Origin: Cirrosporium novae-zelandiae
Lineage: Eukaryota
Assembly (NCBI GenBank): GCA_026023565.1
Contig: JAPETS010000026.1
Coordinates: forward strand, 434,001-482,025
DNA: 48,025 nt
Direction of reading: 5' to 3'
Part shown: in pieces, positions 37,849-48,025 of the stretch
How positions within the stretch are numbered: the first letter of the stretch is position 1
Layout of the letters: every line of letters starts with the position of its first letter
The notes under the pieces: model-generated
What the model was told of the DNA's origin: nothing
What the model saw: the letters and a program-made list of their open reading frames with translations, nothing else
Databases searched by the model: none
Made by a program: the position numbers and the translations under genes

Positions 37849-37918
37849 ATTATTATTATTATTATGACTATGATTATTATGATTATTATGATTATTATGA
37901 CTAGTATTATTATTATTA
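37849..37918. repeat. AT-rich (ATT)n/(ATTATTATG)n repeat
   Basis: Tandem ATTATTATG units flanked by ATT runs. Confidence 0.85.
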
Positions 37919-38230
37919 GCAGTGTTTGTTTTAGAATGTTTTATTAATTTTTTTTTAAGAAAATGGTGTTTTATCTATACATGTCTATCTATATATTTCT
38001 GTCTTTGGGATGTATTGTATTGATAAGCTGATGATGGTGATAAAGGTAATAATGATAAAAAAAGGCTTGGTTGATTGATTTGTGGGCAACAGCGACGATT
38101 CCCTGGTTAGTTTTTCCCCTCGGGGTGTGGACTGTAAAGTACATACTAATTAATTACCGAGATACCGAGATAAGTACGAGAGTCGTAAAATTGTTCTTTG
38201 CCAGGATCCCTAGTCTTTCCGGTTCGGGTC

Positions 38231-38270
38231 GTCTAATCTAGTCTGGTCTAGTCTGGTCTAGTCTGGTCTA
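38231..38270. repeat. (GTCTGGTCTA)n 10-bp tandem repeat
   Basis: Four near-perfect units. Confidence 0.85.
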
Positions 38271-41200
38271 TCATCAAGGTCTAATCTAGTCCCCCAGCCC
38301 CGACTTTCCTAGTAACTCAACGGGTATTGGATGGAGGATGCCTACCCGGAATACAAATTATTGACCAAACATGGATTATCCTTACACGGCTGACGACAGA
38401 CACCAAACGTTACTTGGGAACCTTTTTTTTTGTTGGTTCTTTCCATGGAACAAGTCAAAAAAAATTCTCTTCCTCTTTCGGCCCTTTCGGTCGGTCCCTT
38501 TCTGACTTTCAAGGCTTCTACTATTTGTTGCCTAGAATCATTTACAAACCGTTATCGACCAAAAAAAAAAAGCCATGTCTTTGTCCTACCTGTCAAGACG
38601 TGGGGTTTCATGGAAGAGGATTCGGTGGAATCCAAAAAAAGTGATGATGATGGAAAAAAGCCATGGAAAATGAACATGGAAGAAGGCGTGCCCGCCGTGT
38701 CCAGCACTCGACTCGACTCGACTCGAACTCCCGAGTCCAAGCCTCAATGCGACACAGAGACATCACAGTAAACAGCCAACGACCCATTCCCTCGGTATTC
38801 ATCCTTTTCCATTTTGAGATTCTCTGCATTCTGACTGGTTTCGACTCTCCGTCACTTCATTCTGGACCAAACAAAGAAAAATATGGCCTTCAAAAAAATT
38901 CCAAAAGGACTCGTCACACACACCCCAACCCATTGGGAAAAGATGACACTGCCGTGCTAGAGTAGAAGTTTATGATCCACATCCAAGTCTGATGATTTTT
39001 GTTCTTGATGTGCATCTTAAACTCCAACCAACCTCAAGTGGCTGACCCCATCTGCATAGGGAAATTTGCAGGCTCACCGCAGGTTTATCCCATACTATTT
39101 CCCATACTATTCTTATGCCTCGAACCGTGCGTAAAGCTCCAAATTTGGACGTGACATGCTTTTGCCATTTTCCTTCTGCACCCACCGTAACTTGATATGC
39201 TGTGCTGCTTCAACGCCTTATCCGTTCATAGCAACAGCCACATGTTTCATCATATCAAATACAGTTTATGCAATTTCCTCCTCAAATTCCATCTTTCCTG
39301 TTGCAATACAGTCACGCTCCCCAATCTCCATCTAAATCAACAATCCAATTCCCCGCCGTTATTTCCCACCAGCACTCAGAAACCACGGCCAAAAACTAAA
39401 GACAACATACCTTGGTGGTGTAGCTGTGAAGGTCGTAGATAACTACGTCAGCGAATCAAAGGGAGGCGCAGAATTACGCTCTACTTCAGAATAGTCATCA
39501 GATCAACAATCAAGATTTTTAACGTCTCCAGCTCTATTCAAACGTCCTCAGGTCTCCACTCTGTGGAGAAGATCTCAAGGTAAATTACATTGTTCAAGCA
39601 TGAAATATCGGAGTCATGTCTCAATTCGGATGCGGGCATAGCGGATGAGCCTAAATCGAGGTTGGTACCAGCCACTTGAGCCGCACCTGCTGCTGCATGG
39701 GAATTTCAGAAGTTTGGGAAAAAAAATCATCTAACCTCAATACTTGGATCATCTGCACCACCAGAGATGGGACCAGCATGCCCGACGGCTGTCCCGATTA
39801 AACTCATGGCATATGTGAAATCTGCGTAGAGTCCTGTCAGCGATCTGACTGGTGGGCCCTGGCGACATGATGATGCCATCGGCTGTAGATTATTGATTTC
39901 GCGTGAAGATCTTTGACGCCCGGAACAGAAGATGAAAAGAGCTATCAGGTACGTTTGTGTTACGCTTCCTAATCTGATAAGTCGCCAAAGGGACGTTGGA
40001 TCTGTGCCCATATAAGATAGGGTAGGGATCCTGAACTTTACTGCATATCTACTGGTCGGCTCTATCAATAGACGAGACATGGATGCTTGATAATCAAGAA
40101 ACGTCTGGCCGGTGGCTTTTCAGCCTAGGATTAGTGTGTCATTATTTGATGATCGTCGGCAAGAAACGATACCACAATCAGGCAAAACCACGCTTGGAGC
40201 ACCAATGGGCAGGTGGCCAGGATAAGTGTGGCCACCGTAGCTACATGTTTGTTACGCCCATCAGCGGATCGACATCAACCCTCCCCTTGTGCTGTTGATT
40301 GACTTGCAGGAGGAAAAAGGGTCGAGATGGGGCAGTGGCAGTGCAATTTTATGGATCCTGATCAATGCCACCCATGGTCAAACCGGAAAGATGAGATGAA
40401 GTGGGATGAAGGAGATATTTTTTTCTGATGGTACCGAATCATAGGCATCGGACTACCTCCAAGTGGACGAGTGACCTGTGATAAAACCAATGTGGCAATG
40501 ATTAAGTTGAATATCTGAAATTAAATGGCACAAAGAATAGCAATTTGGAGGAAAACGGCGTTAGCAGTGCGTGTTAGGGCAACAAAAAAAAAAAAAGACT
40601 CGAAAATAGAGCAGTTTGGTTGAATTTTTGGGGTTGATGGAGTCGGAGTAAAGAACCCAAGAAAAGGATAGCGGGAGGTTTAGCGGGAAGCGGATTGACA
40701 TTTTGAAGTTTCGTACGAATAAGCTGTGAAGCCGTTGGAGAGTGGAAGGGGGGTCTGGCTTTGTTCTGGCCTGTCTGGCCTGTCTGGCCTGTCTAACTTA
40801 TCTGGATACTGTCTGGAGTGTCTGGCATTACTGGCTTGACTGGCTCTGTCTGGCATAGAAAGTGTTAGGCACATATTAGGTATGTTATTAGGCTGTTTCG
40901 AATTTTTCGGATGTGCCAGGGAAAAGCGACTAAATGACGACCAACCGATTGCTAAATCTTGCTACCACTTTTGCTAATCGTTGTTATTAGCAAATTGGCA
41001 TTATCGGGGGACCACTCTTGATCAAGTTTTTTTTGTTCCCCTTGGGCTATTTTTTTTTTGTTCTAATTATTCTTTCTCCTCGTTCATTTCTTTCCTTTTC
41101 GTACAATTTCTACTTTGGTAAACCACCAACCATTACGACAACACAGTCACACCCCGTGGCTTGGAAGGGAAAAAAAAAAAGTTGGTACTATTTATTACTA

Positions 41201-43041
41201 TCTATGTATACAATCTTGGCATTTGCGATATCATTCTTGGTCATGCAGAAATAGCCGGGGTCGGAAGAGGCTGCAGTAGTATTAGATACCGATAGCTGAA
41301 GTTTTTTTTTATTCTTTTGTCGGAACTTGTCTCTATGAGGATTGGTGGATGTGTATGATGGGGATGGTTTGGTGATTGGTCCCCTACTCAAGGTCTCGGG
41401 GGACCCTCGTATACCCGTCAGATTGTTCGAAATTTCCCTATGATAAACCCATGATGGTCGGGTCCTGTGAAAGGTTTTTCGTAACGAAGCAACCGTCTCT
41501 TTCGTGTCCCTGTCAAAAAGTCTCTTGCTCGTTTAAAATAAAACTATCCCTGCCACGCTTCCCTCGTCGCAATCCCGAAGCTTGACCTAAATACCTAGGA
41601 AGCTAGTTCTGACAAGAAGGCTCCACAAAAGCTTCACCACCTTCAACCCAAAACGCATAAGCCCCAGCCAACCTTGCCCAAAGTGAAGTTAGGGTTGCCT
41701 AATCGGAACTTAAGGGTAGCAACTGATGATTATTATTAGTTTTCGCTATCGTGGTTCGGAAGACGGGCTGGCACGAAACGAAGGAGTTATTTCCTAATCG
41801 GGACAAGCGTTTTCGTCGTCTGGCCCCGATCGGCAACAATTGACTTTGGCACTGACCAATTGCGGAGAAGGCCAAGTGACAATTGCATGACCAGCAATAC
41901 CCGATTGAGAAAAGGTCATTTCTCAGGCGGACCTCTCTTTTGGGAACAAGTGGGAAGGGGAGATTTGAAGATTATGAGAGAGGATTGCACAAGCTGAGGT
42001 AATCAGCGAGTTGATTTGCCTGAATGCCTGAGGTCTCCATTCTGAACGTGGTTATTCTGTCAATCCACCGGCTGAGGCTGTTAGTTCAGTGAAGCGACTT
42101 TAACGAGAGGATGACGGTTTGACCCGAATGACCCGATTCCTGACGCCACCCATCCAGTCTAGTCACACACACACACACACACAAACCTCAGAAGAAGACT
42201 GGGAAAGAATCTTTTTTACCCATCGATCCCTGCAACCCTTCCCACCCTTTAACTCTGCCTTGAAAGTGCCTTGGGAGGAATGTACCCTTGGGATCCTTGG
42301 GATTGTCTGCCTCCTTCCATTAAACAACCCTGCAAGCACTGTTATCCATCGCTGCCACACACCACCCACACCCACAGCAATACACAGGGTTCAACCAGCC
42401 GATCCAGTCAACGATCAGGAAGACGACAAGGGAACCGACAAGGGAAAGGGAACCATACCGAAAAGTACCTCTTATTTTTTTTTTTAAATTATTTTATTTT
42501 ACGAAATCGTCCTATCTTTTTTCCCAAGACCAAGGAAAAATAACCCTGACGAGAAACGTGCCTATCTTCCTATTATTCCCCCCTCGAACAAATTAAAAGC
42601 AAACATTAACCGACAAAAACTGCCGTTTTGATAAGGAAGGGAAAAAAAAGAATAAAAAAGGGTTCAAGGGAAAGTTCAAGATAGTTAGTGTGGAAAAAAA
42701 AAAAAACCAACCAAGAAAAAAAAAAAAAAAAACAAGAGCGACGTGGATAGTTCCTCCAGAGTAGAGATTCACAAAAAAGAACTCTGATGGGTACCAAAAC
42801 AACAGTGGCAGCTATGAAAACTAAAGTGACTAAAGGTCCGGCCAAACCTAGCAGGGCGACCAAGGCTATCAAACCTTTAACTAATATTAACCACCCTGGT
42901 CCTGGATTAGTTGCCCTCAGTCCTGCCTTGGCGACCGGCTTCCCTAGCGTTGATAGTACTGGTGCGATGAGTGCAATCCAGACGAACAATAAGAACGCGG
43001 GCATTTCGACTACGGTGACGGTAGACAACAAGGGCAAAACC

Positions 43042-46000
43042 ATGGCTAACATGCCTGCCGCGACCATGACCATGCAACAGCAGGTCAAGGGTGACGTCCA
43101 AGCCCAACTGCAGCAAGCTCAAGCTTCACTCGCTCCAGTCCAGCACCAAGTAGCTTCAGTTCCCATCCACCCCGTCCAGCATATCCATCACCTCCAGCAC
43201 CATCTCCCGTCGCAAATCCACCAGCAACCCCAGCTCGGTTTACAGCTACAGCCGTCGCCGTTGAAAAATGCGACCGCTGCCACTCAACACCAACACCAAA
43301 ATCAGCACCAGCCTGTGGCGGAAGACTCTGTGAGTACCGTACCTTCTTTTTCATACTCAAAATCCAAAATTCCCCTTTTCTCTACCTTATTCGAGAATCG
43401 CGTGCGACCGTTGAAATCTCCACTCCCCACCCTGAACTTTCTCTTGCGAAATTCCCCATCCTATCCTTCAGAAGGTACCCTGTCGCTACCCCTCCACACA
43501 CCTAAATCACTATCATTACCCAGGTACCTCTAAAACTCTTGTCTTTTCTTTTCTTGTCTTCTTTCTTCAAAACAGACAAACAAAAAAAAAAAACGTCTAC
43601 AAAAATTCATCTATTCCTTACCCATAACTTTGTTCCCCCCCCCCCCTCCCCTCCCCAAGACCGCACTTCCGAACCGCACATCAATGTTGGGTTGAGCGCA
43701 TTTAATCCATGCCTCATTGAGAATTGAATATTGCTTGTCGTCAAAAGTGGGTTGATCTCCGTCAGCAGTTCATATACCTAATCTCTCGTTCATTCAATGT
43801 TGTTGTTGGAAAAAGACATGGGATGGCCCTTGTCCGTGATGGGTTTATTGCCGAGACGCAGGATGCGACAAAGATCCCCTAACACCTGGCGAGGGGGATC
43901 CCCTCGTTGGTAATCAACGAAATGCATTGGCGTCGATACTGCCCGTTAGTTCTGCCTGTCCAATGCGCATCTGCAGCCAGGACTTGCAAGAGACCCAGCC
44001 AGACCCAGCCATGGCCCAATATCCCAAACCCCATGCCCTATAATTCATCATCCATCATCCATACACATGCGCCGTGGCCATGCTCCACGCTTCACTAAAT
44101 CATGCCATGCTTCCCTGGGATAGCATTGTGTATTGTTATTTGCTTTGCGTTGATTTGATTCAAATCATCCCTTTTAAACATTGGTCTTGAAAATCTTCCG
44201 AGCTCTGCTTCGACCATCACTGCCTATTTCAAACCTGGCACCTCCCTGTCGCTCTGCGGTTGCTTCGCCGCGAACCAAAGAAAAAAAGCCCCATCCCCTC
44301 CTCATCCCCCGCTCTCCAAACTCGCAAAATCCTTTTTCGTCTTGCGGGTCGAGCTCCCTTGTATTTCGCTGCGAAGCTTGATCGTTGGTAGCTAGCCGGT
44401 TAACTTCCACCGTCGCTCAGCCAAGCAGTCGTGAGGCTCCGAGTTTAATCTGCTCCATCGAATCTGTGCAGCTTACTTGGTACTTCTCCAAGCCAAATCC
44501 CTCTTTCAATTGATCAACCGAATCCTCGCATCTCCTCTCCTTACTACTCCCTGTCTCCCGCTTTCATTTTAGATCCCTCCCGAGGATCCGACGCACATCC
44601 ACCACTCACTCCTTCAAGGATCTTATTGTTATTTTGGTCGACACGCTCTATCTTCATATTGAGATCGACCGCGTTTTAGCACCTTGTTCGTCGTCGATTC
44701 TGTCTTTTTTAAAAAAAAAATTATTGATATTCAAATGGGACTGGTGGCTAACATTCTTTTCGCAATTGTGTAGCGTCCCTCCAACCAGGCCCAGCAAGGA
44801 ACTCCCATCACCCAGCAGCTTCCACCAAACCATCCCATCGTGCAACAGCAGCAACAGCAGCAACAGAACCCGGCTTCTCCTCAGCAAGCTGTACAAGCAC
44901 ACCTTCAGAACACATTCCAATCTCCATACGTTACGCCAGGTGTTTTACCAATCCAGCAATCCCCATACGCACAACCCCAAGACGCTGCGTACTACGCCTC
45001 TCATCCTAGCCCCCGAAGCACCCACAGCGCCCCCGGCCCTTATTCTCAGGCAGGTAAGTGAAATCGCATCACTGCGGGAATGTTTTTTTTTTTCTTACGC
45101 GTTTCGTCGTTGAAAGGAATGCTGGCTAACGCGAAACAAGAAACATCAGATCTAATGGCAGCCGCACAAATGCAGCGGCCTTACCCCCCAATTTATCATA
45201 CCCCACAGTCGAATTCGCCTGCATCAGTGGCGAGCCCGCAAAGTCATGAGCATCAAAACCGTCTATACGCTCAACCGCCGCCGCCGCAGATGCCTCAACA
45301 AATGTATACGTATTCACAATATCAACCTATGAACACGGTTCACTCCTCATACGGGCCACCTCAGACTCCCCAGACTCACCCTTCGATGACCTCCCAGCCG
45401 CTGCTGATGCAACAAACTGCCGCGCAGATTCCACAGCAACAACCTCAGATGACCAACAGCCCCCGGATGAAGATAGAATCTTCAGCGGCGCAACGACCAC
45501 CTCCGGGACCTCTTAGTGCCACCCATGCCACCCCCACAGCTCCTACAGCACCCTCGAGCAACATGCATTCAAGTCCGCAATCCGGAGGCAACGGGGTCAA
45601 TCCAAACGCGGCCCCGGGACCCATTCCCGCAACAACGCCTCTGGTAGTGCGCCAAGATAACAACGGGGTTCAATGGATCGCATTTGAATATTCGCGCGAT
45701 CGCGTCAAGATGGAATACACAATCCGGTGCGATGTGGAATCGGTTAACGTAGAAACCTTAAGCCAGGACTTTAAGACGGAAAATTGCGTGTACCCACGCG
45801 CCTGCTGCCCGAAAGATCAGTATAGAGGTAACAGATTGGTCTACGAAACGGAATGCAATACGGTGGGGTGGGCCCTGGCGGAACTCAATCCGTGCTTGAG
45901 GGGGAAGAGGGGATTGATTCAAAGAGCAGTGGATAGCTGGAGAAATAGTAACCAAGACCCGCGACTGAGGAGTCGACGGGTAAGGAGAATGGCGAAAATG

Positions 46001-47377
46001 AACACGAGGAAAACGGTGGCCGGAAATCAACCACCAAATCACATGGCTGGACCAGCGGGTCCTGGTTCAGTCGGGGTCCCAGGAGGCCCTCCAGGTATGG
46101 CTCCCCAGGCTTCGAGAGCACCAGGGAGTATGGGTATGGCTGGACCTCAGCTTCATCATCATCACGCTCATCCTGATGGGAACGCGCCGAGCGGTGGTGA
46201 AGAAGTTAGCGGTATGTTTCACCAGATGTGATGTTGCGTGTTTTTTTATTCCCTTTGTTGATGCCCTTGATATTCTGATGCGGTTGGATGACCTCGCGAT
46301 TGATACTCATGTATTAAAAGAAAAGAAATTGATTTGTATGATGGGTGGAGGAATGGATTTTGCTGTATTATATTGCAGTCCACGCCGTCAGAAGCGTTTT
46401 GCACCTAATACACACATTGTAGCAATTCTTGCATACCCCTGTTTGTTTCAGACCTTATGATTTGTGCATTAAGTGGAGACGGACAGTTTCGGAAACGCTA
46501 TCCTTTTTGGCCAATGTTCCTGACAGTTATCATCCACGATAGGTGCTTCCCCCAACGATATCCGCCCAGGCCAAACTTTCCACGGGTATCCGACGTACCC
46601 AAGTAGTTCCTCTGTAACCGGTTCCTCTATGCCTTCTACTGTTCACGACGGTATGGATATCGGCCGTGGACCCGTTGGCTCCAACAATGCTGTCGCAGCA
46701 TCTGCACCTGCCACCCACCGCGACGAAGAGGATGATAACAAAGCTGCCCTTTTTGGCGATATCCCCGAAGCCAAACGTCGCAAGTTTATTCTTGTTGACG
46801 ACACCCAACGTAATGCCCGCGTACGTGTGAGAGTCCAACTTGATCAAATCAATATGAGCGAGGTGCCAGACTCTTATCGTCGAGACAACTCGGTGTTCCC
46901 TCGCTCTTACTTTCCCATGCAAATGCAATCTCCTCCCCCCTCTGCCACGGGGAGTGGATATTTCAATGATGATGAGGATGAGAGAGACGGCCAGCCCATC
47001 AAAGGCAAGACCATGGTCAAAGTCACCACCCTGGAGGGTGAGGATGAGGTGGCCGTGCCGAGGATGTCCAAGAGACAGAGAAAGAAGGAGGTGCTGTTAA
47101 ACGACATGGGATATCGGATGAGCTGGAGCCAGAGTCGGGTATTTGCGTATCGGACCATCTTTCTCCAAAAGTCATGTATGTGGACAAGCCAATTAGTATT
47201 TTTGTTCTTCCTGCTCACAATCTTTTTCTAGTGGATGCCTATCGCAACAAGATGAGAAGCAGTATCTTGGCCAACGGCCAGGAAGTCACAAATATTGCAT
47301 CTCATTTCGAAACTCGAGTTGGAAAGCGTCGATGGCAGGAGAGGACCCGCCGATCGGAACATGCCAGGACTCCTTGA
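43042..47377 (+). CDS. Gln/His/Pro-rich putative regulator with two DUF8032-like domains (about 805 aa; exons 43042-43329, 44774-45053, 45141-46211, 46543-47175, 47232-47377); an upstream in-frame ATG at 42787 could add 85 aa
   Basis: Four GT-AG introns with branch points keep one frame (2418 nt). Conserved domain WIAFEYSRDRVKMEYTIRCDVESV...ENCVYPRA...GLIQRAVDSWRN and a second domain RKFILVDD...DNSVFPRS...FLQKSLDAYRNK. Poly-Q and poly-H tracts. Confidence 0.88.
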
Positions 47378-48025
47378 GCAAGCCCAAAGAAACCATGACC
47401 GGTGTCTTGGGTTTCATCTCATTCCTATAGATGTTGTGCTTCGGAGATGCTTGAATACTCTCTCGATACCGACCATTCTCATGTTATATTCTCCACCTTC
47501 TATCTACCTTGATGATCACGCTTTTGTTATTCCTGGTGATACCCGACGCCGACCTTTTTTCGCGTCTCCGTTTCAGCAACGATTTTCCGATACCCTTTTG
47601 GCCTTCTTCTTGCTTAACTTTTGCTTTTTCAATGTTCTTTTTTTTTTTTTGTTAACTACGACTTAAATATTAAACCTTGAAATTTTATATGTGTGATAAC
47701 TAAACTACATGTCTCCGACAAACAAACAAGCTTTTACAAAATTGCCTTTTGATGGAACTTTTCGAATTTCCGGTGGCAGGACTGCCAAGATCAGATATAT
47801 ACCCCACACACAGATACACAGTTACGAGCAAAGACAAATTGATTACCCGTTGTTAGTTTTAGCTACCAGCTCGAATACGAGATATGAGGGGATGATTTGT
47901 TTTTTTTTTTTTGTTCTTTTACTTCACAATGGGATTTTTTTTTTTTTTTTTCCTTTTTACTTAGGAATGGATGGATGGACGGATAGGATAGGATTGTAAG
48001 CGAAAGGGGAAATTTTTTTAAGGGA

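Noticed and set aside
39727..40080. 117-aa minus-strand ORF in the long intergenic region
   Set aside because: No recognisable motif and no convincing splice continuation; cannot be supported without a search.
1..48025. CRISPR arrays, intact transposons/LTRs, rRNA or tRNA genes
   Set aside because: No repeat-spacer arrays, terminal repeats, RT/transposase motifs or structural RNA signatures recognised by eye; small ncRNAs could be missed without covariance-model searches.

Overview
Eukaryotic DNA from a filamentous ascomycete (Pezizomycotina, Eurotiomycete-like). Evidence: GT-AG introns with CTAAC/CTGAC branch points, a Woronin-body hex-1 gene and microsatellite-rich intergenic DNA. Intact genes assembled by hand: hex-1 (minus; short isoform plus a long repeat-bearing N-terminal extension with no in-frame AUG), two related small proteins each with two Cys/His zinc-ribbon modules (14827-15174, 22630-23058), the DHHC palmitoyltransferase pfa5 (minus, 5 exons), an SRR1-domain protein, a 1425-aa disordered Seg1-like protein, an Arg/Asp/Glu-rich disordered protein with a conserved C-terminal domain (DUF8035-like), and a 5-exon Gln-rich putative regulator with two diverged copies of one domain (DUF8032-like) behind an ~8 kb intergenic region. 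The spacers of the first ~22 kb hold several stop-interrupted, protein-like reading frames: an F-box relic, a relic with an intact intron, and three 190-230 codon frames interrupted only by TAG. These are either C-to-T decayed pseudogenes or cryptic editing/readthrough-dependent genes; chance is not excluded. No tRNA, rRNA, CRISPR or intact transposon was recognised. Family names are from recalled motifs, not from database searches.
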